Shown here: in pieces, positions 1 through 12,200 of the stretch
How the letters are laid out: each line of letters opens with the position of its first letter
How positions within the stretch are numbered: position 1 is the first letter of the stretch
NCBI RefSeq assembly: GCF_001677475.2
Contig: NZ_CP015229.1
DNA length: 64,000 nucleotides
Source of the DNA: Escherichia coli
Lineage (GTDB): Bacteria; Pseudomonadota; Gammaproteobacteria; Enterobacterales; Enterobacteriaceae
Reading direction: 5' to 3' (one strand)
Program-made: the position numbers and the translations under genes
Notes under the pieces: generated by a model
What the model saw: only the letters and a program-made list of their open reading frames with translations
What the model was told of the DNA's origin: nothing
Databases searched by the model: none

Positions 1-190
1 CGGTCATCAGGCCACTTCAGGTAATCCCTGCGAAGGAAAACTCACCGATCAATTTGGCCAAATACATTATTTACTACTGGAGCCTGAAGAAGGAAAAATT
101 TTCACTAAAGGAGACAAAGTGTTAATTATTTGCCGACTTTCTGCAACGCGATATTTGGCGGAAAACAATCCCTGGCCCCAAATATTGTAA
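1..190 (+). CDS. yqiJ: 3' end of inner-membrane protein gene (NfeD-like partner of flotillin); start lies upstream of window
   Basis: Open frame (phase starting at nt 2) runs without stops to TAA at 188-190; sits directly upstream of yqiK as in the E. coli yqiJK operon (synteny recalled, not searched). Confidence 0.6.
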
Positions 191-216
191 TTTATTAATC
201 AAAAGGAAATTTAATA

Positions 217-1878
217 ATGGATGATATTGTTAATTCTGTGCCCTCCTGGATGTTTACCGCAATTATTGCCGTATGCATTCTGTTTATTATTGGAATTATT
301 TTCGCCAGGCTCTATCGTCGCGCTTCGGCAGAGCAAGCTTTTGTTCGTACTGGTTTAGGTGGGCAAAAAGTGGTAATGAGCGGTGGCGCAATCGTGATGC
401 CGATCTTTCATGAAATAATCCCCATCAATATGAATACCCTGAAGCTGGAAGTCAGCCGCTCAACCATTGATAGCCTGATTACGAAAGATCGTATGCGCGT
501 CGATGTAGTAGTCGCTTTCTTTGTGCGGGTAAAACCTTCAGTAGAAGGGATTGCCACCGCCGCCCAGACGCTGGGGCAACGCACCCTGTCGCCTGAAGAC
601 TTACGTATGTTGGTTGAAGATAAATTTGTCGATGCCCTCCGTGCAACAGCTGCGCAAATGACCATGCATGAGTTACAGGATACCCGCGAGAACTTCGTGC
701 AGGGAGTACAAAATACCGTAGCTGAAGATCTGTCGAAAAACGGCCTGGAACTGGAAAGCGTTTCACTTACCAACTTTAACCAGACGTCGAAAGAACATTT
801 CAATCCTAACAACGCCTTTGACGCCGAAGGTTTAACCAAGCTGACGCAGGAGACGGAGCGCCGTCGTCGCGAACGTAACGAAGTTGAACAGGATGTAGAA
901 GTTGCGGTGCGTGAGAAAAACCGTGATGCGCTTTCGCGGAAGCTGGAGATTGAACAACAAGAAGCGTTTATGACGCTTGAACAGGAGCAGCAGGTTAAAA
1001 CCCGTACCGCTGAGCAGAATGCGAAAATTGCAGCTTTTGAGGCCGAGCGTCGTCGGGAAGCAGAGCAGACGCGTATTCTGGCTGAACGACAGATTCAGGA
1101 AACAGAAATCGACCGCGAACAGGCCGTCCGCTCAAGAAAAGTTGAAGCTGAACGTGAAGTTCGCATTAAAGAGATCGAACAGCAGCAGGTCACCGAAATC
1201 GCTAACCAGACGAAATCGATCGCTATTGCCGCCAAATCGGAACAACAGTCCCAGGCAGAAGCGCGTGCTAATCTCGCACTTGCAGAAGCGGTAAGCGCCC
1301 AACAAAACGTAGAAACCACTCGCCAGACTGCCGAAGCCGATCGTGCTAAACAAGTTGCCCTAATCGCTGCCGCGCAGGATGCAGAAACCAAAGCGGTTGA
1401 ACTGACCGTGCGGGCGAAAGCAGAAAAAGAAGCCGCAGAGATGCAGGCGGCGGCTATCGTTGAGTTAGCCGAAGCTACACGTAAAAAGGGTCTGGCGGAA
1501 GCAGAAGCACAACGTGCGCTGAACGATGCTATCAACGTACTTTCTGATGAACAAACCAGCCTTAAATTCAAACTGGCCTTGTTGCAGGCGCTACCTGCGG
1601 TAATAGAGAAATCCGTTGAGCCGATGAAGTCTATCGACGGCATCAAGATTATTCAGGTCGATGGATTAAACCGAGGTGGTGCTGCGGGGAATGCGGCATC
1701 AGGCAGCGTTAGTGGCGGAAACCTGGCAGAACAGGCATTGTCTGCCGCCCTTTCTTACCGCACACAGGCACCACTGATTGACTCCTTGCTCAATGAAATC
1801 GGTGTTTCAGGCGGCTCACTGACGGCATTGACCTCACCCTTAACCTCAACAACTCCCGTCGAAGAAAAAGCAGAGTAA
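217..1878 (+). CDS. yqiK: Flotillin-like SPFH/band-7 protein YqiK
   Basis: 553-aa ORF with N-terminal TM segment and long E/A/Q/R-rich coiled-coil region typical of flotillins; hairpin terminator follows at ~1890-1925. Confidence 0.88.
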   Translation: MDDIVNSVPSWMFTAIIAVCILFIIGIIFARLYRRASAEQAFVRTGLGGQKVVMSGGAIVMPIFHEIIPINMNTLKLEVSRSTIDSLITKDRMRVDVVVAFFVRVKPSVEGIATAAQTLGQRTLSPEDLRMLVEDKFVDALRATAAQMTMHELQDTRENFVQGVQNTVAEDLSKNGLELESVSLTNFNQTSKEHFNPNNAFDAEGLTKLTQETERRRRERNEVEQDVEVAVREKNRDALSRKLEIEQQEAFMTLEQEQQVKTRTAEQNAKIAAFEAERRREAEQTRILAERQIQETEIDREQAVRSRKVEAEREVRIKEIEQQQVTEIANQTKSIAIAAKSEQQSQAEARANLALAEAVSAQQNVETTRQTAEADRAKQVALIAAAQDAETKAVELTVRAKAEKEAAEMQAAAIVELAEATRKKGLAEAEAQRALNDAINVLSDEQTSLKFKLALLQALPAVIEKSVEPMKSIDGIKIIQVDGLNRGGAAGNAASGSVSGGNLAEQALSAALSYRTQAPLIDSLLNEIGVSGGSLTALTSPLTSTTPVEEKAE

Positions 1879-2079
1879 ACCCTCTTCTAGGAATAATCCC
1901 TGGCCCAAAAAGCCGGGGATTTTTTATATCTGCGTTCCGCTAAAAAGTGTAAATGATCAGGTTGTTGCAGCGTTTTGCGTGACTGCTCGGGGAAGGCAAA
2001 ACTGCATCAGAGAAAGCATTGCGCGGGGTCTGGCGCTCATCAACAATCGGGGAGTCAGTAAGGGGCTGAAACGGGAAAG

Positions 2080-2222
2080 CCCCTCCCGAAGAAGGGGCCT
2101 TATAGAAGGAAAGGGTTATGATGAAGTTCGTCATCATACTGATTGTGTTGTTACTGTTAAGTTTCCCGACTTACTAACAACTCATCAGAGGGGGGAGAAA
2201 TCCTCCCTTACCCTTGTTCCTT
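2080..2222 (-). ncRNA. sibE: Sib antisense sRNA (antitoxin) overlapping ibs
   Basis: Inferred from established Sib/Ibs architecture (sRNA ~140 nt, fully antisense to ibs ORF); GC hairpin at ~2075-2100 could be the 3' end. Boundaries approximate. Confidence 0.5.
2118..2177 (+). CDS. ibsE: Ibs-type 19-aa hydrophobic toxin peptide (type I toxin-antitoxin)
   Basis: ATG ATG AAG ... TAC TAA encodes MMKFVIILIVLLLLSFPTY, the Ibs peptide I recognise; located between yqiK and hldE where K-12 carries ibsD/ibsE. Which paralog this is cannot be decided from sequence alone. Confidence 0.75.
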   Translation: MMKFVIILIVLLLLSFPTY

Positions 2223-2296
2223 TACTTTAGGTTGAAAAAAAAACAGCGTCAATAGATCTGCCTGCTACGAAGCGAGATCTGTGAAGCGCTTTCCGG

Positions 2297-3730
2297 TTAG
2301 CCTTTTTTATCCTGTTGGATCTTCTTGATAATATTAGTGGTCGAGCAACCGTCTTCAAAGTTGAGCACCAACACTTCGCCGCCGTTGGCCCAGACTTCTT
2401 TACTCCCGGCAATCTCTTCTGGTTTATAATCGCCGCCTTTCACCAGCAGGTCTGGCAGGATACCGGCGATCAAGCGCTGCGGCGTGTCTTCTTCAAACGA
2501 CACCACCCAGTCGACCGCTTCCAGTGCGCCCAGCACAATCATACGCTGTTCGAGCGGGTTAACGGGGCGGGAATCCCCTTTCAGCCGTTTGGTGGAGGCA
2601 TCGCTGTTGACGGCGACAATCAAACGGTCACCCAGTTTACGGGCATTTGCCAGATAAGAGACGTGTCCGGCGTGCAGGATGTCAAAGACGCCATTGGTCA
2701 TCACCACTTTTTCACCGCGTTTACGCGCTGCCGCTACAGCAAGCTTCAGTTCCTCTTCGGTCATCACGCCAAAGCCGGTATCTGCACGTCCACGTACTGC
2801 GTTTTCCAGCTCGATCGGCGAAACCGTGGATGTCCCCAGTTTGCCGACCACCACACCAGCCGCCGCATTGGCAAAGAAGCAGGCTTCTTCCAGCGAATTA
2901 CCCGCTGCCAGCGTTGCCGCCAGGACACCAATCACCGTGTCGCCCGCACCGGTAACGTCATACACTTCCTGCGCCTGAGTTGGCATATGCAGCGGTGCTT
3001 TACCCGGTTGCAGCAGCGACATACCCTGTTCGGAACGGGTCACTAACAGAGCCGAGAGTTCGTAATCGGCAATCAGTTTCATGCCGCGCTCAACAATCTC
3101 TTCTTCGGTCTTACATTTACCGACAACAGCTTCAAATTCCGAGAGATTCGGCGTTAACAGCGTAGCGCCGCGGTAGCGCTCAAAATCGGTACCTTTTGGA
3201 TCAATCAGCACCGGAACACCCGCTTTACGCGCCAGTTGGATCATCTGCTGTACGCTTGCCAGCGCACCTTTGGCGTAGTCAGAAAGCACCAGCGCGCCAA
3301 TCGAACTCAGTGCCTGATTAATCCGCTCGTGCAGCGGCTGCGGATCAACCCCTTCAAAACCTTCTTCGAAATCCAGGCGGATCAGCTGTTGGTTACGGGA
3401 AAGCACTCGCAGTTTGGTAATAGTCGGATGCGTCGGTACAGAAACGAAGTCGCATTTTACGTTGACGTCCGCCAGTGATTTACTCAGCGCACGCGCCGCA
3501 TCATCAATACCGGTCAACCCGACCAGGCGAGCGTTAGCACCAAGAGAAGCGATGTTCATCGCCACGTTGGCTGCGCCGCCCGGACGTTCTTCAATGGTAT
3601 TAACTTTAACCACGGGCACCGGCGCTTCCGGCGAGATACGGCTGGTGGGACCGTACCAGTAACGATCCAGCATCACATCACCAACCACCATCACTCCTGC
3701 ACGTTCAAACTCTGGCAGCGTTACTTTCAT
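2297..3730 (-). CDS. hldE: Bifunctional D-glycero-beta-D-manno-heptose-7-phosphate kinase / heptose-1-phosphate adenylyltransferase
   Basis: 477-aa ORF; N-terminal ribokinase-like and C-terminal cytidylyltransferase-like regions; conserved position downstream of glnE. Confidence 0.9.
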
Positions 3731-3777
3731 TCCTGTCTCCTGAGAGATTCAAAATTTGCGCGCGATAATATCACACT

Positions 3778-6618
3778 TCATTCTTCCACCAGCCACTTCT
3801 GCCAGCTTGCCCGCACCAGTTCACGCTCTGCGGTGAAGCAATCCTCCGACACATGGCCCGGCAATTCCTGTAATGCCAGATGATGAAGTTCATCGCGCAG
3901 CGTCGTGTAAGCACGGGTCAGCGCCATCGCTTCCTGCTCTTCCATAATGTCGTTTTGCGCCAGTAGTTCCAGAATGCGCACGTTGTCTGACCAGCGCGTT
4001 AACTTCGGTTTTTCATGAGCGTAGCGCAACACCAGATATTGAGTAATAAATTCGATATCGGTAATTCCGCCTTCATCGGCTTTGATATCAAAGCGATCGC
4101 GATGTTTATTGCCGAGATGGGCACGCATTTTCTCGCGCATTTCCCGCACTTCTGTTTGCAGGGTTTTGCCTTCGCGCGGCAGCATCATAATTTCCCGACG
4201 CACCGCGTCAAAGTGCGCAGTGAGCTGTGGATCGCCATACACTACCCGCGCACGCACCAGCGCCTGATGCTCCCACGTCCAGGCCTCGTTTTTCTGATAA
4301 TCAGCAAACGCTTCAGCGGATGTCACGAGCATTCCCGCCGCCCCGGACGGACGCAGCCGCGCATCCACTTCGTACAAAATGCCGGAAGAAGTACGCGTAC
4401 TGAACAGATGCATAATGCGTTGCGCCAGACGCAGATAAAATTGCCGCCCGTCGATTTCCCGCTCGCCGTCGGTCATCACATCCATCGGGCAATCATGGAG
4501 GAAGATCAGGTCAAGATCGGAACTGTAACCTAACTCCCAACCGCCCAGCTTGCCGTAGCCGACCACCGCAAAACCACGGCCTTCGCGTTCGTTCAGGTGA
4601 TTTGGCTTACCGTAGCGGGCAACCATTTGAACCCACGCCTGCTGAACGACGGCGTCAATCATGGCTTCCGCCAGCCAGGTTAAGTGATCGCTCACTTTCA
4701 TCACCGGTAGCGTACCGGCGATATCCGCTGCCGCAATACGTAACAGTTGCGCCTGTTTGAACTGACGCAGCGCCTCAAGCTGTTGTTCTTCGTCATCTTC
4801 CGGCACGCGCAGTAAATACTGGCGCAGTTCATCACGGTAGGCATCCGTCGCCGTCGGCTGGTAGAGAGTGTTTGGATCGAGCAGTTCATCCAGCAATAAC
4901 GGATAACGCGCCAGTTGGCTGGCAATCATCGGCGATGCGGCACACAGAGAAATCAAATGTTTAAGCGCCGCGGGGAATTCACTGAGCAATTCTAAATAGG
5001 TGGTGCGGGTAACAATCCCCACCAGCAAGGCGGTAATGCGCGACAGCGTAACGGCAGCGTCTTCACGCGCACAGACATCACTTAGCAAATGTGGCATCAG
5101 ATGGTCGAGCACCTGACGTCCTCGCGGCCCGATGGTGCGCTTATCCAGCTCTTTGCGGAAATCGGCAATCAGCGTTAGCACCTGTTTGCGATCATCCTCG
5201 CTAAGATGCGCCAGCACTGGCGTGGTGTCATCTTCCTGCAACGCATCCTGCCACAGCTCACGCCACTGTTCCGACAGCGACTCTTCCTGAGTTTCGCTTT
5301 CGTCGTCGCCAATCAATTCGTTAAACACCCGGCGCACATTGGTCATATGTCCGGTCAGCTTCCCTGTTAGTTGCGACCAGTCAGCGAAATCCATTGCCCA
5401 CGCCAGCCGCGCACGATTAAGCTCATCAGAAGGAAGCGTCTGGGTTTGTTCGTCGTTAATGCTTTGCAGCAGGTTTTCCAGACGCCGCAGGAACAGATAC
5501 GCCACTCGCAATTGTTCAGCATCGTTTTCAGAAAGCAGATGCAGCGCGGCAATAGCGCTGAGCGTTGGTAGTAAAGAGCGCGATTGCAGCGACGGTTCAC
5601 GCCCGCCGCGAATAAGCTGGAATACCTGGACGATAAATTCAATTTCTCGAATGCCACCCGCGCCAAGTTTGATGTTGTCGGTCAAACCACGTCGACGCAC
5701 TTCGCGGGCAATCATCCCTTTCATGTTGCGCAGCGACTGGATGACGCTGAAATCGATGTAACGACGGAAAACAAACGGGCGCAGCATCGCACGCAACTCG
5801 TTAGCATAGACGCCTTCGCTATCGCCCATAATCCGCGCCTTGACCATCGCGTAACGCTCCCAGTCGCGCCCCTGCTCCTGGTAATAATCTTCCAGTGCCG
5901 CAAAGCTCAGCACCAGCGGGCCACTTTCGCCAAACGGACGCAGTCGCATATCCACGCGATAGACGAAACCATCCTGCGTTGGTTGATCCAGCACTTTAAT
6001 CAGCCGCTGCCCCATGCGGGTAAAAAACTGCGCGTTATCCATTTCCCGGCGTCCGCCCTGGGTACAACCATGTTCCGGCCAGGCAAAAATCAGATCGATA
6101 TCAGAGGAGAAATTCAGTTCCCCGCCGCCCAGCTTACCCATGCCTAAAATCAGCAGCGGTTGCGCTTCGCCCTGCGCATTGCACGGCGTTCCCCATTCGC
6201 GGCAGCAGGCGTCATACAGCCAGTCACGCGCCGCAACAATCAGCGTCTCCGCCAGATGACTGAGCTGCTGCAAAATGCTCTCTTCAGTAACCAGTGCCAG
6301 CGTTTGCGCCCAGGCGATGCGCACCATAATGCGCCGCCGGAATAGCCGCAGCTCGCGCATTACCCCGGCTTCGTCACTCACATTACTGAGCGCCTCCTGC
6401 AACCAGGCAGCGTAATGCTGCCATTCGTCGGCCTGCGGCGGTTGGCTTTCCAGTTCCGTCAGCCACTCTGGATGCGCAATCACGCTGTCCTGCACAAAAT
6501 CACTGAAAGTAAGTACTGACTTCGCCTGTGCGCTAAGTGATTCCTCGGCTAAAGGCTCTGGCAGCCGCTCAACAACGGTCTGCCAGTACTGCTGTAACGG
6601 TGAAGAGAGCGGCTTCAT
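3778..6618 (-). CDS. glnE: Glutamine synthetase adenylyltransferase/adenylyl-removing enzyme
   Basis: ORF track gives 1014 aa from an upstream alternative start; the recognised GlnE N-terminus [13 protein letters not shown] begins at the ATG whose complement is at 6616-6618, giving 946 aa with two nucleotidyltransferase domains. Confidence 0.9.
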   Translation of the reverse strand: MKPLSSPLQQYWQTVVERLPEPLAEESLSAQAKSVLTFSDFVQDSVIAHPEWLTELESQPPQADEWQHYAAWLQEALSNVSDEAGVMRELRLFRRRIMVRIAWAQTLALVTEESILQQLSHLAETLIVAARDWLYDACCREWGTPCNAQGEAQPLLILGMGKLGGGELNFSSDIDLIFAWPEHGCTQGGRREMDNAQFFTRMGQRLIKVLDQPTQDGFVYRVDMRLRPFGESGPLVLSFAALEDYYQEQGRDWERYAMVKARIMGDSEGVYANELRAMLRPFVFRRYIDFSVIQSLRNMKGMIAREVRRRGLTDNIKLGAGGIREIEFIVQVFQLIRGGREPSLQSRSLLPTLSAIAALHLLSENDAEQLRVAYLFLRRLENLLQSINDEQTQTLPSDELNRARLAWAMDFADWSQLTGKLTGHMTNVRRVFNELIGDDESETQEESLSEQWRELWQDALQEDDTTPVLAHLSEDDRKQVLTLIADFRKELDKRTIGPRGRQVLDHLMPHLLSDVCAREDAAVTLSRITALLVGIVTRTTYLELLSEFPAALKHLISLCAASPMIASQLARYPLLLDELLDPNTLYQPTATDAYRDELRQYLLRVPEDDEEQQLEALRQFKQAQLLRIAAADIAGTLPVMKVSDHLTWLAEAMIDAVVQQAWVQMVARYGKPNHLNEREGRGFAVVGYGKLGGWELGYSSDLDLIFLHDCPMDVMTDGEREIDGRQFYLRLAQRIMHLFSTRTSSGILYEVDARLRPSGAAGMLVTSAEAFADYQKNEAWTWEHQALVRARVVYGDPQLTAHFDAVRREIMMLPREGKTLQTEVREMREKMRAHLGNKHRDRFDIKADEGGITDIEFITQYLVLRYAHEKPKLTRWSDNVRILELLAQNDIMEEQEAMALTRAYTTLRDELHHLALQELPGHVSEDCFTAERELVRASWQKWLVEE

Positions 6619-6640
6619 TAGCGATTTTATCCTTGCCTGA

Positions 6641-7942
6641 TTAACGTTTTCCGCTGTGCAACCAGAACGGTTCCTGATTGTTTGCCTCATTACGGAAATG
6701 TTCAATTTCAATGCGTTGACCGGTCGCAATAGCGTGATGCAGCCCCTGCCAGTTCTCCAGCCAGGCTTGCGCGACGACAGGATTGTAGTAACCCGCCAGC
6801 AACAATATCGAATCAATATCACGCGTCAGGCGTGGCAACTGGTCATGGTAGCGATCGCCTAACGGCTGGCAGAAAACGCTTTTCAGTTCCGCGGCATGGC
6901 GGGAAAGATGGATATCGGCAAAGCGTTTGAAGGAATCGCTGATTTTGCCCTGCGCTTTGGCATCTAAAAACGGCTGCCAGGCTTTGCTTACCAGCCATTC
7001 GGTCAACGCCAGCTTCGCCATCGCCGTTTCGGTAGAGTAGACCGCCGTTACGGCAGACACCGCAGAAGCGATGGTCGCTTCGCATTGAGTCAGTAAATCA
7101 CGTAAGTGAGTGCTCGCTTTACGCGGCACAATGCCACCGAACAGCATCAGCGTATGGCGAACAAGGCCAATGGCTGCCAGCACCTGCTCTTTCGCCGCAT
7201 CGTTGCCGCGTACCCACAGTTCTTCATGATACTGCCATTGCGCTAACGCCAGCTCGAGCGCCGCTTCCAGCCCCTGTTCCACATCAGCTTTTGCCGCAAC
7301 ATGCAAAATGGTGGTCGGTTTGATTTCACGCGCGGGATTGCCCTGCGCCAGATGATAGCCACGCGCCGCTTTGCTCAGGCTGCCCTGGCGTAATCCGGTT
7401 TGCGATACCAGTTGGTTCGCCAGTTTCAGCACCGCGCGCGTGTCGCCGCTAAGCAGTTCCAGTTCCAGCTCGCAGATAGGTTCAGCAAATTCACCCGCTT
7501 TCACTTCCCCCTGGTCGAGGGCGATTTCAATTTGGCTACCATCAACCTCTACCAGCCACTTTTCGCGATAAAAATCGGTGCTGAACAGCGGTTGTACGCG
7601 GGAAGCAAGATCGGCAGGCAATTCGCCGTTCGGCCAGACTTCCGTCGGTAACTGCGCCAGGTCGAGCGTCGGTTCGCTCAACGCCACGTTATATTCCGGG
7701 CGCTGGTGTAAGCCGCCTGTCACTCTTCCTGCAACTTTCATGGTCATCTCATAGCGACCGTTTTCGCCACGAATACGCAAGCCCATGTCGTGCCCACGCA
7801 GCCAGTTATCCGGCGTTTCGTAGTAAATATTCAGCAACTGCACGGGGTCATGGTGCTCGCCGCCCAGCGTATTGAGATGGTCACGCAACGCCTCAACGGC
7901 ACTGTGATTAACAATAAACTTTAATTCGATTTCCTGAGCCAT
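6641..7942 (-). CDS. ygiF: Inorganic triphosphatase (CYTH domain)
   Basis: 433-aa ORF starting [11 protein letters not shown]; conserved ygiF-glnE-hldE arrangement. Confidence 0.88.
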   Translation of the reverse strand: MAQEIELKFIVNHSAVEALRDHLNTLGGEHHDPVQLLNIYYETPDNWLRGHDMGLRIRGENGRYEMTMKVAGRVTGGLHQRPEYNVALSEPTLDLAQLPTEVWPNGELPADLASRVQPLFSTDFYREKWLVEVDGSQIEIALDQGEVKAGEFAEPICELELELLSGDTRAVLKLANQLVSQTGLRQGSLSKAARGYHLAQGNPAREIKPTTILHVAAKADVEQGLEAALELALAQWQYHEELWVRGNDAAKEQVLAAIGLVRHTLMLFGGIVPRKASTHLRDLLTQCEATIASAVSAVTAVYSTETAMAKLALTEWLVSKAWQPFLDAKAQGKISDSFKRFADIHLSRHAAELKSVFCQPLGDRYHDQLPRLTRDIDSILLLAGYYNPVVAQAWLENWQGLHHAIATGQRIEIEHFRNEANNQEPFWLHSGKR

Positions 7943-8183
7943 AGCCTTTACTTATCGGTTATGTCACATAAGTGACGATGAACGGCGAACTTAATGCGAT
8001 CTTTTTTGTCAGTAGATAGTATTTTGCGCCAAATTGCCATGCAACGGGCAATTTGACGGGCGTAAAAGTTTGAAGCAGTGGCAAGACCTGACACAGAGGA
8101 TTCCGATTGATGTCGAATGCTTTGCGTAGCGACACTGATGCCACTACTATCGTTCCACTTTCCATGACAATAACGACAGCCTG

Positions 8184-8804
8184 ATGCCAAAATTACGCCT
8201 GATCGGATTAACTTTACTCGCACTTAGCGCCACTGCCGTCTCACACGCTGAAGAAACGCGCTATGTTTCTGATGAACTGAATACCTGGGTCCGTAGCGGT
8301 CCGGGAGATCATTATCGCCTCGTGGGCACGGTTAACGCCGGCGAGGAAGTGACCTTATTACAAACTGACGCCAACACCAATTATGCCCAGGTGAAAGACA
8401 GCTCTGGCCGTACCGCCTGGATCCCGTTGAAACAACTTAGCACAGAGCCAAGCCTGCGCTCCCGTGTGCCAGATCTGGAAAATCAGGTCAAAACCCTGAC
8501 CGATAAGCTCACCAATATCGATAACACCTGGAATCAGCGCACCGCAGAAATGCAGCAAAAAGTGGCGCAGAGCGACAGCGTGATCAACGGGTTAAAAGAA
8601 GAAAATCAGAAACTGAAAAACGAGCTGATTGTCGCGCAGAAAAAGGTCGATGCCGCCAGCGTACAGCTGGATGACAAACAGCGCACCATCATCATGCAGT
8701 GGTTTATGTATGGCGGCGGCGTGCTGGGGCTTGGCTTGCTGCTCGGTCTGGTACTGCCGCACCTGATCCCAAGCCGCAAACGCAAAGATCGCTGGATGAA
8801 CTAA
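8184..8804 (+). CDS. ygiM: SH3-domain protein with signal peptide and C-terminal TM anchor
   Basis: 206-aa ORF; N-terminal signal-like segment and hydrophobic C-terminus. Confidence 0.85.
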   Translation: MPKLRLIGLTLLALSATAVSHAEETRYVSDELNTWVRSGPGDHYRLVGTVNAGEEVTLLQTDANTNYAQVKDSSGRTAWIPLKQLSTEPSLRSRVPDLENQVKTLTDKLTNIDNTWNQRTAEMQQKVAQSDSVINGLKEENQKLKNELIVAQKKVDAASVQLDDKQRTIIMQWFMYGGGVLGLGLLLGLVLPHLIPSRKRKDRWMN

Positions 8805-8867
8805 ATCGCCTTCTTCGTTGCACTGTCTTATTATTAGGAATTGTGTATTTGACGAAGGGATGATGGC

Positions 8868-10106
8868 GTGAAGATTTATCTGGTCGGTGGTGCTGTTCGG
8901 GATGCATTGTTAGGGCTACCGGTCAAAGACAGAGATTGGGTGGTGGTCGGCAGTACGCCACAGGAGATGCTCGACGCGGGCTACCAGCAGGTAGGCCGCG
9001 ATTTTCCTGTTTTTCTGCATCCGCAAACGCATGAAGAGTATGCGCTGGCACGTACTGAACGGAAATCCGGTTCCGGTTACACCGGTTTTACCTGCTATGC
9101 CGCACCGGATGTCACGCTGGAAGATGATCTTAAGCGTCGCGATCTGACCATTAATGCGCTGGCCCAGGACGATAACGGCGAGATTATCGACCCGTACAAC
9201 GGTCTGGGCGATCTGCAAAATCGTCTGTTGCGCCATGTTTCCCCCGCTTTTGGCGAAGATCCGTTACGCGTATTGCGCGTGGCGCGTTTTGCTGCGCGTT
9301 ATGCCCACCTCGGTTTTCGTATTGCCGATGAAACTCTGGCACTGATGCGCGAGATGACCCATGCGGGTGAACTGGAACACCTGACGCCTGAACGGGTATG
9401 GAAAGAGACGGAAAGCGCCCTCACCACCCGCAATCCCCAAGTCTTCTTCCAGGTACTGCGCGATTGTGGTGCACTGCGCGTTTTATTCCCGGAAATTGAC
9501 GCCCTGTTTGGCGTTCCGGCCCCTGCCAAGTGGCATCCGGAAATCGACACGGGTATTCATACCTTAATGACGCTCTCAATGGCGGCGATGCTGAGTCCGC
9601 AGGTCGATGTCCGTTTCGCAACGCTATGCCACGATCTCGGTAAAGGACTGACGCCGCCAGAACTTTGGCCGCGTCATCATGGTCATGGCCCGGCGGGTGT
9701 TAAGTTAGTGGAACAACTCTGCCAGCGTCTGCGTGTGCCAAATGAAATTCGCGATTTAGCCAGACTGGTGGCTGAGTTTCACGATCTCATCCACACCTTC
9801 CCAATGCTGAACCCAAAAACCATCGTCAAATTATTTGATTCCATCGATGCCTGGCGTAAACCGCAGCGTGTCGAGCAACTGGCGCTGACCAGCGAGGCTG
9901 ACGTGCGCGGCAGAACCGGTTTTGAATCGGCGGACTACCCGCAAGGCCGCTGGTTGCGCGAAGCCTGGGAAGTGGCACAGTCAGTGCCGACAAAAGCCGT
10001 CGTTGAAGCGGGATTTAAAGGTGTGGAGATTCGCGAAGAGCTGACCCGACGGAGGATTGCGGCGGTAGCCAGCTGGAAGGAACAACGTTGCCCAAAGCCT
10101 GATTAA
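8868..10106 (+). CDS. cca: tRNA nucleotidyltransferase (CCA-adding enzyme) with HD domain
   Basis: 412-aa ORF from a GTG start, [12 protein letters not shown]...; HD motif (HDLGK) in C-terminal half. Confidence 0.9.
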   Translation: MKIYLVGGAVRDALLGLPVKDRDWVVVGSTPQEMLDAGYQQVGRDFPVFLHPQTHEEYALARTERKSGSGYTGFTCYAAPDVTLEDDLKRRDLTINALAQDDNGEIIDPYNGLGDLQNRLLRHVSPAFGEDPLRVLRVARFAARYAHLGFRIADETLALMREMTHAGELEHLTPERVWKETESALTTRNPQVFFQVLRDCGALRVLFPEIDALFGVPAPAKWHPEIDTGIHTLMTLSMAAMLSPQVDVRFATLCHDLGKGLTPPELWPRHHGHGPAGVKLVEQLCQRLRVPNEIRDLARLVAEFHDLIHTFPMLNPKTIVKLFDSIDAWRKPQRVEQLALTSEADVRGRTGFESADYPQGRWLREAWEVAQSVPTKAVVEAGFKGVEIREELTRRRIAAVASWKEQRCPKPD

Positions 10107-10140
10107 CTTTTTAAATTCAGTATATTGCAGAAATCCTTTA

Positions 10141-10175
10141 GGTCGGATAAGACGCACAAGCGTCATATCCGACAC
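10141..10175. repeat. REP-type palindromic element
   Basis: ggtcggataagacgcacaagcgtcatatccgacac, an imperfect palindrome of the REP family, in the cca-uppP intergenic region. Confidence 0.6.
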
Positions 10176-10185
10176 TATCTCTCAA

Positions 10186-11007
10186 TCAAAAGAACACAAC
10201 GTACACCGCAGCTGCCACAATAAAGCGATAAATGGCGAACGGGATAAACGAAATGCGCTTAATCAGTTGCAGGAAGGTTTTAATCGCTATCAGTGCCACC
10301 ACAAAAGCGGTGATAAACCCAACGGCAAACATCGGGATATCGCCGGTTGTCAGGAAGCCCCAGCTTTTGTAGAGATCGAGCGCCGTTGCGCCCATCATCA
10401 TCGGCACCGCCAGCAGGAACGAGAACTCGGAAGCAGCGTAACGGCTCACGCCCATCAGCATCCCACCTGAAATGGTCGCCCCGGAACGGGAGAAACCCGG
10501 CCACAGCGCCAGACACTGGAAACAGCCAATCATAAACGCCTGACGATAGGTCATATCATCAAGACCCGGCGCACGCGGCTCTTTCGGCTTCAGGCATTCG
10601 GCGGCAATCAGCAACAAACCGCCAACGACCAGTGCATACATCACATTTATCGGGTTAAACAATGACTTAATCGTGTCGTGGAACAACAGCCCCAGTACCA
10701 CCGCCGGAATCATCCCCAGCAAAATGTGGATCAGCGTTAAACGACCTTTGCTTTCTCCTTCGTGCTGCAACGGGCGGCCAAAGTGGATGCCAATCAGGCC
10801 AAACAGACGCCGCCAGAACATCACTACTACCGCCAGAATTGATCCTAACTGGATCACAACTTCAAAGGTTTTCGCCGTGTCGCCCTCAAACCCCAACAAG
10901 TGACCGACAATAATCATATGGCCCGTGCTGGATACCGGCAGAAATTCTGTCAATCCTTCGACCACACCCAATATTGCCGCTATCAGCAGCGAGTGCATAT
11001 CGCTCAT
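10186..11007 (-). CDS. uppP: Undecaprenyl-diphosphate phosphatase
   Basis: Polytopic membrane protein; the recognised N-terminus [14 protein letters not shown] begins at the ATG whose complement is at 11005-11007 (ORF track adds one upstream TTG codon). Confidence 0.88.
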
Positions 11008-11097
11008 CAATAAACCCCTAAATTATTAAAATGTACCGCTTGTCCGAACTACTGCAGTATGACCAGGTTATAACCATTTGGTTTAACAGCTGTAAAA

Positions 11098-11466
11098 TTA
11101 ATTATTTTCTTTCAGATTATTGCCACGCTCAATGATTACGCCAACATTCGCCGCCCGCGCCACTGCGCCTGGCTTGCTGAGTTTGATACGCACCCACGGC
11201 GAGTTGAAGCGTGCTAACAGCAGCTCCGCCACCTCTTCAGCCACGCGCTCCACCAGCGCAAAACGCGCCCCCTCGACGTGGCTGACCACCGTTTCTGCAA
11301 TGTCAGCGTAACTGAGGCAATCCGCCACATCATCACTTTTCGCCGCTTTACGGTTATCCCATGCCATTTCGATATCGAACACTAACTTCTGTTCGATGGT
11401 CTGTTCCCAGTCGTAAACACCAATAGTGGTGATTACCGAAAGTTGCTCTATAAATACAATATCCAT
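11098..11466 (-). CDS. folB: Dihydroneopterin aldolase
   Basis: 122-aa protein MDIVFIEQLSVITTIGVYDWE...; conserved folB-uppP neighbourhood. Confidence 0.88.
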   Translation of the reverse strand: MDIVFIEQLSVITTIGVYDWEQTIEQKLVFDIEMAWDNRKAAKSDDVADCLSYADIAETVVSHVEGARFALVERVAEEVAELLLARFNSPWVRIKLSKPGAVARAANVGVIIERGNNLKENN

Positions 11467-11570
11467 CACGTCCTGCCTGCTTTTTGGCTAACCGGATACC
11501 ACTTCCGGCGAAATGTGCGTATTATCCACAGATTCATCGTTGAACACGAATTTTCAAAACGGAACAGCTT

Positions 11571-12188
11571 ATGAGTGCAATCGCGCCTGGAATGATCCTC
11601 ATCGCGTACCTCTGCGGCTCCATTTCCAGTGCCATTCTGGTTTGCCGCTTGTGTGGGCTGCCCGATCCGCGAACCAGCGGCTCCGGCAATCCAGGCGCAA
11701 CCAATGTGTTACGTATCGGTGGCAAGGGAGCAGCCGTAGCAGTACTGATTTTCGACGTTCTGAAAGGAATGTTGCCCGTCTGGGGCGCGTATGAATTAGG
11801 TGTCAGCCCCTTCTGGCTAGGCTTAATTGCCATCGCCGCCTGTCTTGGACACATCTGGCCCGTTTTCTTCGGATTTAAAGGAGGAAAAGGCGTTGCTACC
11901 GCTTTTGGTGCCATCGCACCAATTGGCTGGGATCTCACCGGAGTAATGGCGGGAACCTGGTTACTGACCGTGCTATTGAGCGGATACTCGTCGCTGGGAG
12001 CGATTGTCAGCGCACTGATTGCTCCGTTTTATGTCTGGTGGTTTAAGCCACAATTCACCTTCCCGGTTTCGATGCTCTCTTGCCTGATCCTGCTGCGTCA
12101 TCATGACAACATCCAGCGTCTGTGGCGTCGTCAGGAGACAAAAATCTGGACGAAATTCAAAAGAAAGCGCGAAAAGGATCCCGAGTGA
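11571..12188 (+). CDS. plsY: Glycerol-3-phosphate acyltransferase PlsY
   Basis: 205-aa polytopic membrane ORF, divergent from folB. Confidence 0.88.
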
Positions 12189-12200
12189 TTTCTGGTGGAT

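Noticed and set aside
840-1500. E/A/Q/R-rich low-complexity region in yqiK
   Set aside because: Native coiled-coil region of flotillin-like proteins, not a repeat insertion.
3778-6822. 1014-aa extended GlnE ORF
   Set aside because: The extra 68 N-terminal codons overlap the ygiF 3' end and precede the recognised GlnE start; 3778..6618 is used instead.
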